From a virus, in IMG/VR virus record IMGVR_UViG_3300012078_000001, positions 1 to 64,000 of that record: DNA of 64,000 nt; one strand, given 5' to 3'. Numbering within the stretch: the stretch's first letter is position 1; each line of letters starts with the position of its first letter. The notes beneath the pieces were generated by a model. The model was not told the origin of the DNA and ran no database searches. It saw only the letters and a program-made list of their open reading frames with translations. Shown piece after piece: positions 49,490-60,600 of this stretch. The translations under genes and the position numbers were made by a program.

Positions 49490-50935
49490 ATGCCGCCAGA
49501 AGTAAGCGAAATTGAAATGATTGCTAAAGCCTATGAATTAGGCGAGAAGTCAATCATAGATTTTAGACGCTTATTCCTACCCTCTGATGATGATGTAGAA
49601 CCAGCTTGGTTTCACTACAAATGGGATAAAATTCTAAGGGAAGGTAATAAGCATTATGCTATTGAAGCCTTTCGTGAGAGTGCAAAGTCTCAGATAGTAA
49701 TTAGAGGGTTTTCACTCTATCGACTTGTATATCCAGTTTTACATCAATCATATATCGTTCTTTTAAAGGCGAATCAAACAGAAGCAAGTAAGAAACTAAA
49801 AGAAGTATCAACTGAATATCAAACTAACCCTTGGCTCTGCTCAAACCTTGTTAAAATTAACGAGGACAATGGCAGAGCTTTTGATTTGGACGTTAAGGAT
49901 AAGCATGGAAAAGTCATTAACATACGAATCGAAGCCTATGGTAAAGGTGCAAGTATTCGCGGTATTTCATATTTTAACAAGCGTCCTCATATCATCATTG
50001 CTGACGACTTACAAGACTTAAAAGATAGTCAATCTGAGACAATTCAAAAGGACGATTGGAACTGGTTTACATCTGACGTAATATTCCTTGGCAAGAGAAC
50101 ACGCATATTTATGATTGGTAACAATCTAGGGTCTGCCTGTTTAATAGAAAGGGTAGCAGATGGTGCAAAAAGCTTAAAATTTGAGTTTGATCGAATACCT
50201 ATATTAGATGCAACAGGTAAGTCTAATTGGGAAACATTTTGGTCTACTGAAAGTATTTTTGAAGAACGCGAAGGCTACAGAAAAGAAGGACTTATATCTA
50301 ACTGGACAAGAGAAAAAATGTGTATTGCAGTTGCTCCTGAGAAGCAAATATTCAAGAAAGAGTATTTCAAGTATTATAATCTAAAGGATTTAGATTTAAC
50401 CAAGCTATCTGTTTACACTATTGTTGACTTGGCTATAAGTCAATCTGATAAAGCTGATTTTACTTCAATTTGTACAATTGGGGTAAATACTGAAAATCAC
50501 TGGTTTATACTTGATATTGACTATGAAAGATATAACCCTAGCGAACAAGTTGATCATGTATTTAATGCTGTTCGCAAATGGAAACCTATATGTGTTGGCG
50601 TAGAAAAGGTTGCTTACCAAGCAAGTTTTGAGCATTATCTTTATAAAGAAATGCCTATGCGTAATGTGTTCTTTCGTATACAACCACTCGAACATGCTAA
50701 AAAGAAGGAAGTTCGTATTGAGACTATGCAGCCACGCTTTGTAGCTGGCACTGTTTGGTTTCCTTATGAAGCTATGTTCTTAGCTGAGTTAGAGCAAGAG
50801 TTGTTAACTTTCCCTAAATGCTTACATGATGATTTAATTGATAGTTTAGCATATATGGAACAAATAGCATTGCCGCCTGTTGGTGGGTGGGGTAGTTCAA
50901 GCGATATAGATATTCCATATGCAGGGGCTATGTAG
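49490..50935 (+). CDS. terL: terminase large subunit
   Basis: 481 aa; Walker-A-like AIEAFRESAKSQ; IIADDLQD Walker B; C-terminal nuclease-like DLAIS.../HDDLIDS acidic motifs. Confidence 0.85.
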   Translation: MPPEVSEIEMIAKAYELGEKSIIDFRRLFLPSDDDVEPAWFHYKWDKILREGNKHYAIEAFRESAKSQIVIRGFSLYRLVYPVLHQSYIVLLKANQTEASKKLKEVSTEYQTNPWLCSNLVKINEDNGRAFDLDVKDKHGKVINIRIEAYGKGASIRGISYFNKRPHIIIADDLQDLKDSQSETIQKDDWNWFTSDVIFLGKRTRIFMIGNNLGSACLIERVADGAKSLKFEFDRIPILDATGKSNWETFWSTESIFEEREGYRKEGLISNWTREKMCIAVAPEKQIFKKEYFKYYNLKDLDLTKLSVYTIVDLAISQSDKADFTSICTIGVNTENHWFILDIDYERYNPSEQVDHVFNAVRKWKPICVGVEKVAYQASFEHYLYKEMPMRNVFFRIQPLEHAKKKEVRIETMQPRFVAGTVWFPYEAMFLAELEQELLTFPKCLHDDLIDSLAYMEQIALPPVGGWGSSSDIDIPYAGAM

Positions 50936-50952
50936 GAGGTGGCTAAGTTATA

Positions 50953-53016
50953 TTGGACGATAATGATTTAGAAGAATATATAAAACAACGACTTAACGAA
51001 GATATTGCTGACTGCGAAAATTATCAGGCAAGTATAATTAAACCTGCGATTAGGCGCAGGTATGAAAAATACTACGCTGACGAAAATCATTATAAAAAGT
51101 TATTCCCTAAAATATCTAAGTCTAGCAACTTAGTTGACACTAGCGTTGCAGATACAATTGAATGGGCATTACCTTCACTTATGCGTCAGTTTTTAGGAAC
51201 AGAAAACCCCTGTATAATTACAGGGGTTTACGACAATGATCAACGTAATGCTGAAATTATGCAAGACTTGATTACCTATCAATTAATGCGTAATAATAAT
51301 TCATTCCTCACTTTCTATAATTGGTTTAAAGATGCAATGATTACTGGTTTAGGTGTAGTTAAATGTAGTTGGGATAGAGAAGAAAAGGTTCAACAAGAAG
51401 CTGTCGTTGTTAATTATCAAAACTACATTAATATTGTAAATAACCCAAACCCTAATTTTACTGTAGTTGGTGCTGAATCTGCTGACGAATTTGGCAATAT
51501 GAAAGTTACCTTTGAAAGCACCTTTTATTCCAAAAACTCTCCTAAAGTTGAGAATATACTTATTTCAGAATTTTTGTTTCCATCGAACTGTAAAAATCTT
51601 ATTGATGCTCATTTTGTCGCCCATAAAAAGAAGGTAACTATGAGTTATCTTCGACAAAAGGAAAAAGAGGGCGTGTATACTAACATCAATATGATCAAAC
51701 CGCAAAACCACCATGCTATTGAGGATGATTTAGAACAGGAAATGAACGATAATTATTCGTTAGGTTTTTATCGTCAGTCAATGGAAGAAGCAAGGCGCGA
51801 AGTGGTTTTATATGAGTGTTATGTCAAAATAGACATTAACCAAGATGGTATACTTGAAGATATGATTATTACAAAATGCGAAGATGTTATTCTTCGTATG
51901 GAGGAAAATGTCTTTGGCAGACATCCATTTTTTAATTTATCCCCTGTTCGTGATCCACATAGAATATTTCCTAAACGCAGTTTCGCGGAAATGATTGGTC
52001 AATTACAGGACTTGAAAACCGCTTTAATTCGTCAAATTATGATTAATATAGCACTTAGTAATGACCCAAGAGTTATTATGAGTGAAGATGCTTTAAATAT
52101 TGATGATTATATTCAAGGACGCTCTGTTATTCGCAAGAAGCCTGGATATGCAATGAGTGATGTTGTTATGCCTGTGCCAATTCAACCACTTCATCCCTGG
52201 ACATTTCAATTCCTAGAATATGTCGAGGGACAGAAAGAAAACAGAACTGGTATAACTCGTTATAATCAAGGGCTAGATGGTTCAAGTCTTAATAAGACTG
52301 CAACTGGAATTTCTGCGATAATGTCTGCGTCAAACCAAAGGCTTGAATTAATTGCGCGAATGTTTGCTGAGACAGGTATCTCAGAATTATTTCGCTTCAT
52401 TATTTCTCTTAATCAGAAGTTTATAGATAAGGCTACTGTTGTTCGTATTACTGATAGAGAACTAACTATAACCCCAGACGATTTAGCTGGCGAAATGGAT
52501 TTAGTTGTTAGTGCAGGTGTCTCTACAAAAGAGCAGAACATGATGATTTTACAAACCTTAATGACAGCTATTTTGCAAGTAACTCAGTCTGGAATACCTG
52601 TTGCTACTCCAACTAATGTATTTAATTTAATGAAGAAATGGATGGTTGAAGCAGGTATTAAAAACACTGGTGACTACTTAACTGACCCTGCTGTTGTTCA
52701 GCAGCGTATGATGGTTGATATGCAGTTGCGTCAACAAGTGCTTGCTACCTTGCCATTACCTATTCAGCAGGAGTATATGGCTACTGGTACATTAAGACCA
52801 GAAATTATGCAGCAGTTATCACCAGAAATTCAGCAAATTCTAGGAGGATTTAATTTTGGAACAATCACGCAAGGAAGTGCTACTCAGGGAACTGGAACAG
52901 GCGAATTTGGTGGAGGTGCTACTGGCGTATCTGGAGGGCTGGCTACAGGCGTATCAGGCATGGATAATCGCAAACCTAAAGGGATGCAACCAAGCAGACC
53001 TGAATCAATGGCGTAG
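50953..53016 (+). CDS. portal protein
   Basis: 687-aa ORF immediately after terL; Gly-rich disordered C-terminus. Call rests on position and size. Confidence 0.75.
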   Translation: MDDNDLEEYIKQRLNEDIADCENYQASIIKPAIRRRYEKYYADENHYKKLFPKISKSSNLVDTSVADTIEWALPSLMRQFLGTENPCIITGVYDNDQRNAEIMQDLITYQLMRNNNSFLTFYNWFKDAMITGLGVVKCSWDREEKVQQEAVVVNYQNYINIVNNPNPNFTVVGAESADEFGNMKVTFESTFYSKNSPKVENILISEFLFPSNCKNLIDAHFVAHKKKVTMSYLRQKEKEGVYTNINMIKPQNHHAIEDDLEQEMNDNYSLGFYRQSMEEARREVVLYECYVKIDINQDGILEDMIITKCEDVILRMEENVFGRHPFFNLSPVRDPHRIFPKRSFAEMIGQLQDLKTALIRQIMINIALSNDPRVIMSEDALNIDDYIQGRSVIRKKPGYAMSDVVMPVPIQPLHPWTFQFLEYVEGQKENRTGITRYNQGLDGSSLNKTATGISAIMSASNQRLELIARMFAETGISELFRFIISLNQKFIDKATVVRITDRELTITPDDLAGEMDLVVSAGVSTKEQNMMILQTLMTAILQVTQSGIPVATPTNVFNLMKKWMVEAGIKNTGDYLTDPAVVQQRMMVDMQLRQQVLATLPLPIQQEYMATGTLRPEIMQQLSPEIQQILGGFNFGTITQGSATQGTGTGEFGGGATGVSGGLATGVSGMDNRKPKGMQPSRPESMA

Positions 53017-53170
53017 TCTATTAGTTGCTAGTGATTCTTTTAGGTCTAAACTAATGGCTGATATTTCAAGGCGTGATGAAGATAAGCAGGAACTTCAACT
53101 TTTATATGAAAACGAAGAAGAAGATGCTAAACCTGACAATTCTGATGAATATTGGTCATAGGAGATATTA

Positions 53171-53506
53171 ATGCTAAAACTACCTAAAAGTGTAAAAGTT
53201 GCAGGTTTCACCTATAAAATTATACCTGTAGCAAGCAAAGATGAAGTTGAAAATGAAGTAAAAGGTGCTTGTGGCTATGTTGATTTTCGCAAACAAGAAA
53301 TTATTATCTGTACCGCATATTCTAACGAACGTCAATTAGAAACATTACTGCACGAAATTCTTCATACTGTACATTTTCATTACCATATTGAAAGTGTTGT
53401 TAGTGACCCTGATATTGAGGAACACCTTACTACGAAAGTGTCAGAAGGTATTTTCCAAGTATTCAAAGATAATCCAGAAGTTCTCCCCTTATTTAAAAGA
53501 GTGTAG
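53171..53506 (+). CDS. small HExxH-motif protein between portal and scaffold
   Basis: 111 aa; LLHEILHTVHFHY. Confidence 0.5.
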   Translation: MLKLPKSVKVAGFTYKIIPVASKDEVENEVKGACGYVDFRKQEIIICTAYSNERQLETLLHEILHTVHFHYHIESVVSDPDIEEHLTTKVSEGIFQVFKDNPEVLPLFKRV

Positions 53507-53530
53507 TATAACTGCACTCTTTTGTTTTTT
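53495..53530 (+). terminator. intrinsic terminator
   Basis: AAAAGAGTG 53495-53503 / CACTCTTTT 53515-53523 followed by GTTTTTT. Confidence 0.7.
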
Positions 53531-53602
53531 ATATAATATTAATTTAGCTAATTGGGAACAAGCCCTTGGTAGCACTCCCATAGCATATAAATGGAGGAAA
53601 TA

Positions 53603-54625
53603 ATGAAAGAAACTCTGCAATTTGATTTACAACTATTTAATGATGGTGTACAACCTAATGCGGACACACCAGAAGGACAAACAGTAGAACAAGCAGTAGA
53701 ACAAGCAGCAGAAACTGCCCCTGCTGAACAAACACCTGCGGCAGAGGGTAATAAAGCACCTAAGTTTGAATTTTCGCTTGATGAAAATGGAAATCTTATT
53801 TGGAATGATGAATTTGCGACTGAGGAAGAAACTACTCAACAACAAGAATTCTATACACCAGAAGAAATTCAACAGATTGGGATTGATAAGTTAGACCCTA
53901 ATAAAATCCCTCCTGAGTTAGTGCCATTTTACAAGCATATGCAAGCAGATTATACTCGCAAGACCCAAGAACTTAGCAATAAGTCAAAAGACCTGGAAAC
54001 TAAGATTGCAGAACTTAACAATCCAAAGCCACAAGAAGCACCAAAGGTAGAAGTACCTACACAACAGGTTGACCCTACTCAACAGCAGCGTCAATACTAT
54101 GAACATGTTTTTAATATAGCTAGGGAAAATGTTGAGAAAGCACTTGGGCAACCATTTGATGAAATTAGCACTTTACATCAAGTGGCGTTAGCTGACGAAG
54201 TTGCTAGTATTAAGGCTTATGTGGTTCAAGAACAAATGCGCCAACAACAACTTAATCAGGTTATTGGTAAGTATTCTATAGACCCTGAGTGGCAAGCCAT
54301 TCAAGAATATTCTAAGAAAGTCTTAAACACACTTCCTTACGAACATTCTTTTGTTATTCGCCAAAGACTTGAAAGTGGCGATATAGGTTTCTTAGATCAA
54401 TTTCTTACCACTAGTAGAGAAGAATACTATAAGACTAAAAACCCTACCCCACCACAAACAATTCAAACAACAGTTAAGCCTGTCGTGAAGCCACCAGTAG
54501 TCGAAGCAGCAGGAACAGGCGTAACAACCCCTGACCTAAAAAACTTTGATACTAAGAAATTAGGGCGAATGACTAATGATGCTCAAGCTGACATGTTTGT
54601 GAGATTAGGGTTAACTAATTTATAA
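53603..54625 (+). CDS. scaffolding protein
   Basis: Acidic, Q- and P-rich 340-aa helical protein directly upstream of the capsid gene. Start ATG 53603, behind GGAGG. Confidence 0.6.
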   Translation: MKETLQFDLQLFNDGVQPNADTPEGQTVEQAVEQAAETAPAEQTPAAEGNKAPKFEFSLDENGNLIWNDEFATEEETTQQQEFYTPEEIQQIGIDKLDPNKIPPELVPFYKHMQADYTRKTQELSNKSKDLETKIAELNNPKPQEAPKVEVPTQQVDPTQQQRQYYEHVFNIARENVEKALGQPFDEISTLHQVALADEVASIKAYVVQEQMRQQQLNQVIGKYSIDPEWQAIQEYSKKVLNTLPYEHSFVIRQRLESGDIGFLDQFLTTSREEYYKTKNPTPPQTIQTTVKPVVKPPVVEAAGTGVTTPDLKNFDTKKLGRMTNDAQADMFVRLGLTNL

Positions 54626-54649
54626 GATTTATAATGGAGGAATCCCATA

Positions 54650-55771
54650 ATGGCTGATACAATTATGATGAAAAATGCAAACAGGGAAGATTTAATTGAT
54701 ATTATTACTAATATCTCCCCTGACGAAAACTTTCTACAAGGTAAATTTGGGCGCACTACTGTACAAGGTATGTCTCACGATTGGTTATGTGACAGCATTA
54801 GACCTGCTGGCTCTAATCGCCAAAAGGAAGATGCTGACTTTGCGACAGCAGAAGGTGTTGCTCGTATTCGTATGAACAACTATATTCAACATTTTATGGT
54901 TGGTTATAAGGTTACTGACGCGCAAGAAGCTGTATTGAAAGCTGGCGTAAAATCTGAGGTTGCATATCAAATGGTAAAAGCGTCCAAAGAACTTTCTCGC
55001 GACCTTGAATATGCAATAGTTAGAAATGAAAAAGCTATTGCTGGTGTTGCGAATCAAGGTGGACAATTTGGCGGCGTTCGTTACTTTAATGGTGGTGACG
55101 CTGTTCCGCTAAGTCAAACATCTGGCACTATCAAGTTTGCTAATCACAAGTTACAAACTGGCGGTGCTGTAGTTTTCCATATTCCAACTGGTGGAACTAT
55201 GCCAGAAGGATTAGTGGCTAATAAATTGTATTTTGTGCGTGTTGTTAATGACGAATCCTTTAAGATTTACACCACACCACAAGATGCACAAAGCGATACT
55301 TCACCTATTGTACCTAAAGATAATGGCACTAAGGTAAATGTTACTCGCTCTAACGTAATTTCTTTAAATGGCGCACTCACTGAGGACGCTTTAAATAATA
55401 TTATGGAAATGTGCTGGAAACAAGGTGCTAAAATTGAGAGTGCTGTTATGTCTGGTAAAAATAAGCGGACTGTATCTAGCTTTACCGCTGGCGTTCAAAA
55501 GATTGCTGATATGGGTGAAACCAAGCGCAAAGCTGTCGTTGACGTATGGGAAACAGATTTTGGTCTTATTAACCTAGAAGCCCATCGTCAGGCAGACGAT
55601 GATCGTATTGACTTTTTCGAGTATCAATATTGGAAACTGGCTTTCCTCAAACCTTTCGCTGTTGAAGATGTACCGCGCAAAGGTACTTATACTGAAAAGG
55701 TTATTACTGGCATGGTGACTATTGAAAACAGAAGTCCTGTGTCTAATGGTACTGTAATTGGTATAGCATAA
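54650..55771 (+). CDS. major capsid protein
   Basis: 373 aa; position after the scaffold; strong terminator downstream; GGAGG RBS. Confidence 0.75.
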   Translation: MADTIMMKNANREDLIDIITNISPDENFLQGKFGRTTVQGMSHDWLCDSIRPAGSNRQKEDADFATAEGVARIRMNNYIQHFMVGYKVTDAQEAVLKAGVKSEVAYQMVKASKELSRDLEYAIVRNEKAIAGVANQGGQFGGVRYFNGGDAVPLSQTSGTIKFANHKLQTGGAVVFHIPTGGTMPEGLVANKLYFVRVVNDESFKIYTTPQDAQSDTSPIVPKDNGTKVNVTRSNVISLNGALTEDALNNIMEMCWKQGAKIESAVMSGKNKRTVSSFTAGVQKIADMGETKRKAVVDVWETDFGLINLEAHRQADDDRIDFFEYQYWKLAFLKPFAVEDVPRKGTYTEKVITGMVTIENRSPVSNGTVIGIA

Positions 55772-55777
55772 TTAACT

Positions 55778-55810
55778 GAGGGAAGGTGTTAAGCCTTCCC
55801 TCTTTTTTTT
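55778..55810 (+). terminator. strong intrinsic terminator after the capsid gene
   Basis: GAGGGAAGG 55778-55786 / CCTTCCCTC 55794-55802 followed by T8. Confidence 0.85.
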
Positions 55811-55833
55811 ATATCTAAAGAGGGAGGAAACAT

Positions 55834-56154
55834 ATGAGTGAAAGTGGATTTTTAAAGAATCAATACCTGGACGTTGACGAAAAGACAGGTAATGTTGAGT
55901 TAATTAATCATATGAATGATGATGAATTACTTAAAGAGGTTAAACAGGAACGCAATAGCAATACAAACAATGGTATGACTGAAAAGAAAACCATGCGTCA
56001 TGTTGCCCAAATACCAAGTTTTCTATTTTACCACGAACCATTACTTATGGAATATCATAAAACTATTAGCGAAAACCCAGAGTATGCTAAAAAATGCCTG
56101 CGTACATGGCTATCTTTACATTCTGAGTATAAATGCAACTATGGGAATATCTAA
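55834..56154 (+). CDS. hypothetical head/neck-module protein (106 aa)
   Basis: GAGGGAGG RBS. Confidence 0.55.
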   Translation: MSESGFLKNQYLDVDEKTGNVELINHMNDDELLKEVKQERNSNTNNGMTEKKTMRHVAQIPSFLFYHEPLLMEYHKTISENPEYAKKCLRTWLSLHSEYKCNYGNI

Positions 56155-56157
56155 TTT

Positions 56158-56679
56158 ATGTTAGTACAGGACTTTATTAATTCAGTGCGTTATCCTTTGG
56201 GCGACCCACAAATATTAACATATAGTGACCCTCATATTCTTGATGCTCTTAATACAGTTCTTAGTGTTGTTAATACTGCTCTAATTAAATTAAACAGCAA
56301 TCTTCCTGTTAAAGATGCAACACTATCGCTACCTAATGGAAGTGCTGATTTACCTTATGACTTTATATCTATTAAAGATGTTATTTATGGTGGAGAGGAT
56401 TATTACGACTACAAAATTATGGGTGAAAAAATATATGCACCTGTTGATACTCTGGATATATATTATCGTCATTCTTATTATTATGTAAGTCAAGATAATC
56501 ACTTACCTACACCTGACTATTTTGTTCCACTGTTAAAACGATTAGTAATTATGATAATCACAAACAAAATGTCCGCGCATGATAGAGAGTTCTTTGAAAT
56601 GGTTTACAGTGATCTCTCCGCTGTAATTTCTGGTAGAGAATACGCAGCACTCGAACAGCCTATTCCATTTATAATATAA
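56158..56679 (+). CDS. virion protein, paralogue 1 of 3
   Basis: N-terminal VRYPLGDPQILTYSDPHILDALNTVL motif shared with the next two ORFs. Confidence 0.55.
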   Translation: MLVQDFINSVRYPLGDPQILTYSDPHILDALNTVLSVVNTALIKLNSNLPVKDATLSLPNGSADLPYDFISIKDVIYGGEDYYDYKIMGEKIYAPVDTLDIYYRHSYYYVSQDNHLPTPDYFVPLLKRLVIMIITNKMSAHDREFFEMVYSDLSAVISGREYAALEQPIPFII

Positions 56680-56691
56680 GGAGGTAAAAAT

Positions 56692-57198
56692 ATGGCTACA
56701 GTTAATGATATTCTTATTCGTGTTCGCCAGCGTGTAGGTGACACTCAAAAAACTACCTATTCTGATGAAGAATTAATTGGTTTTCTCAATGATGCTATGA
56801 ACTTCCTTTCTAGCGAACTAATTAGCATAAAAGATCCAGAAATGGTTAAAGAATTTACTGTCACCCTGGGTACTACTGGTGTAGTTATTCCTAGTGATTT
56901 TTATTCTTTTGTTGGTGCTTACCCTGTATTTATTAAGTCTGATGGTAAAATCTATCATTTAAATAAAGATTTTTCTGGCAGTATGATTGTTCGTTATTTT
57001 GCGTATAAACCAAATGTAAATAACGTAAGTGATACTATTCCTTTTTTAAATCCTGTTTATCATACTTTGTTAAATCAGTTAACTTCTATTTATACTCTTA
57101 ATCGCACTGCCGCGTCAGGTGTTGTACAAGATGCTCAACTCGTCGAACAAATTCGTGCTCTAATTCGTAGCGGCAAAGGAAATAGCGGGGTTAAGTAA
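56692..57198 (+). CDS. virion protein, paralogue 2 of 3
   Basis: VRQRVGDTQKTTYSDEELIGFLNDAMNFL. Confidence 0.55.
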   Translation: MATVNDILIRVRQRVGDTQKTTYSDEELIGFLNDAMNFLSSELISIKDPEMVKEFTVTLGTTGVVIPSDFYSFVGAYPVFIKSDGKIYHLNKDFSGSMIVRYFAYKPNVNNVSDTIPFLNPVYHTLLNQLTSIYTLNRTAASGVVQDAQLVEQIRALIRSGKGNSGVK

Positions 57199-57662
57199 TG
57201 TTAGTTAGCGATCTACTTACAAAAGTTCGTTTGCGTATTCGCGATAAAGATAGCGTTGAATATACTGATAACGAGCTGTTAGGATATGTTAACGATGCTA
57301 TTTTGTTAATTGGTTACGAACTTATTGCTATGCAGGACGCAGAAATGATTGTCGATCTATCTCTTGAATCAGCTTCCACACTTAAACCTGCTAACTTTTT
57401 GAGGTTTACAGGTGCTTTACCAGTTATGGTGCAGGGTAATAATCTTGTGGTGTATGGTAAATTACCTTGCATTACACGCTACTTTAAAAAACCTACCCTG
57501 GTTTCCACTATTGATGAAACCTTACCATTTACTAATGAAGGGTACAATCAAATTATGACACAGATTGTTAGTATGATTGCTCTTAATCGCAATGAATTTG
57601 ATGTTTCGCAAGATAAAGCCTTAATTGATGAGGTGCGTAAGTTAATATCCACAGCAAGTTAG
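57198..57662 (+). CDS. virion protein, paralogue 3 of 3
   Basis: VRLRIRDKDSVEYTDNELLGYVNDAILLI. Confidence 0.55.
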   Translation: MLVSDLLTKVRLRIRDKDSVEYTDNELLGYVNDAILLIGYELIAMQDAEMIVDLSLESASTLKPANFLRFTGALPVMVQGNNLVVYGKLPCITRYFKKPTLVSTIDETLPFTNEGYNQIMTQIVSMIALNRNEFDVSQDKALIDEVRKLISTAS

Positions 57663-57672
57663 AGGTGATAAA

Positions 57673-60600
57673 GTGGCTCTAAAACTACCAAAATTACCAA
57701 ACTCTATTAGTGGTGATGGAAGGACGTTCCTGAGTGTTCTTAGGAACGTCCTTTCTGATGTTGCCCATACCATTAATAATAATGTACAAGCTACTGCTAA
57801 ATGGCAAGTAACTGATTTAAAAGCGGTTGAGGAATGCAACAAAAGTGGCATTACCACTATTGCTATTACCTTTAATCCTTCTGAAATTGAAGATTATAAT
57901 TATTCTGAGGTTTTTATTCGCAGAGGCCTTGATAAAGGCTGGCAATTTGCTGACATAGCTCAGAATTCTTTAATTCTTAAAGATGTTTCAATTGGCGAAC
58001 ATTATTCCTTTAAAGTAATAGCTGTAAACAAATATGGTATTAAGTCTGAATTTGAAAATGCCCCTAGTGTAAGTATAGATGTTATTGGTATACGTTCTAT
58101 AATATCTACTCCTAAAAATTTTGCAGTTACCTTTAATAAAAGTGGTATGATTGCTCAATGGGATAAGGTTTCAGATTTAGACTTTTTTGAATTTGAAGTT
58201 AGAACGAATACTTTCTATGGTAGTGACAATGGTTTATTATATAAGGGCAAGAGAACTAGAGCCACTATATTTCCAACTAATCGTGCTGGTACTGTGTATG
58301 TATATGCTATTAATTATGGTGGTTTTTACAGTTTGCCAACTACCTGTAATTACGCAAAACCTGTGCCTTATTCTCCTAAAAATGTAACTGTAACAAAATC
58401 ACAAGACGATGTATATATTTCTTTTTCTAATATACCTGACGATTGTTCTGGGGCTAATCTTATTATTAATAATAAAACTTATGTTGTTACTGATAACACG
58501 TTTCAACATACAGGTAATGATAGAGTCGTGAGTGTTCAAGTAGCTTACTTTGATATTTTTGGCGAAGGTGTATATTCTAAAATTCTCAACATTGAACCCC
58601 CTAATGTTACTGGACTTACTGCTATTCAGTTAGACACTGATAGAAGTATTGTTAAACTAGAGTGGAATCCTGTAATTGACGATAATCTATCATATTATGA
58701 GGTAAGACTTGGGACTGATTGGGATAGTGCTGCTATAATTGCCACGCGATTAAAAGTAACAACCTTTAACTATAAGGCTTCTTCTGAATACTCGCATACT
58801 TTCCTAGTTCGCTGTTTTAATATTTTTGGTTATGATAGTTCTATATCTAATAGTAAGACTGTTATTATAACCCTTCGCCCTTTACCACCTGAATTAAATA
58901 TGCCTGTACAACTCTCTACTGATAGAGCAACTATAGATATTTCTTGGTCTGCTTCTGATAAGCAGGATATTGATTACTATGAGATTAGACATGGTGAAAA
59001 TTGGGACAAGGGTACTTTAATTGGTAAAACAAAAGAAACTTCCATTCGATACAGACTATTCCCTGCAAGCACTTATAATATAATGATTAGAGCGGTAACT
59101 GTTTCAAATTGGAGTAGTGTTGTTGCTAATAAGTATTATAGTCATGTTTTATATCCGCAAAATGTAACAGGATTCACTATTATTGGTAATATATCTGATC
59201 GCAGATATATTACTCTTTCATGGACACCTGTTATTGATATGGATTTACTTGGCTACGATATTAGATGCGGTACAAATTGGGATACCGCAATACCTGTAGC
59301 AACAGCGGTTAAAGGTAATAACTTAACTCTTAGTTTTAAGGGTGGTTCAGCTACTTACTTAATTAAAGCTATTACTATATCGAACTATGCTTCTGAAATT
59401 GCTTGTAGTGGAGATATTTATGTCCCTATATTTCCTAATACTCCTCCGCTTGGGTCTGCTATAGCAGACCCAAATAATAGATATAAAATCAACTTAGCAT
59501 GGAGTGCTAGTGGTGATACTGACCTTAAATATTACGAGATACGCAAAGGAACTAAGTGGAACAGTGCTACGCTTTTAGGTACAACTATTGATTTAACCTT
59601 TTCAGACATTGTAGCTACAGGTAGTCAACATGATTATCTTGTTGCGGCTGTAACTATTGGTAATCAAGTATCTGCTCCAAGACATTTAAGTTGTACTATA
59701 GTTCCAGAGCCTAGCGACATTAAAGGTTTTAATGGAACTCAGGATAAATTTACTCGCAGGGTAACACTAGCCTGGACGCATATTGGCGACCCTGATTGGT
59801 CACATTACGAAATAAGAAAAGGTACAAGTTTTTCAGATACTTTACTTGCAACAAATATTAAAACTCCTGCATTTAGTTATTTACCAAGTATTGAGGAAAC
59901 AGCTACTTATTGGATTAAAGCTGTTACTACTAATGGTAATTACTCTGCTTCTGCAACTTCTTGCCAGGTGATGATTGCTCTTGTTCCTACTAAACCTAAG
60001 AAAAAGGGTGATACTGGTATTACGTTTGACCCTAGAGATAAGCGAAAAATAAGAGTTGAATGGTTACCTATAGGTGACGAAGATCTATTAAATTATGAGT
60101 TATGTATTGGTACGAACTGGGTTGAAAATAATAAGATTATAATTAAAGAAACATTTTTTGATCATACCCTTACAACTGGTGGCACTGTAAACTTTTTAGT
60201 TCGCTCTAAAAATACAAGTCTCAATATTTCTCAAGCTTTATTACTTACTGACAATATTAATATTTATCCTGCTGATATTAATTATTTTAGTGCTGCTCAA
60301 TATCAAGAAGATAAAAGCAAGGTAAAGCTTTCATGGTCAGAGGGTGATTTAGATGTTGCTTATTTTGAGATTAGAGAAGGTGTTTCGTGGGACAATTATA
60401 ATTTTGTAGTTGCTACTCGTATTACAGGTATTACAATTGATACCTTTGTTAATGAAGAAAGAAATTACAACTACTGGATTAAAGCCTTTAGTGTAGCACA
60501 TAAACCTTCCCAAAACGCCTTTCCTTCTGGCTCGATTATAATGAACATGAACCCTAGTAGACCTGAGAATATTACTGTTGTACGCGACCCTAACGATAAG

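Noticed and set aside
52856-53161. A 101-aa ORF overlapping the portal 3' end in the +1 frame, as a programmed frameshift extension
   Set aside because: There is no slippery sequence at the overlap. The part beyond the portal stop could at most be a 35-aa acidic ORF (ATG 53054) with no clear RBS. Support is insufficient.
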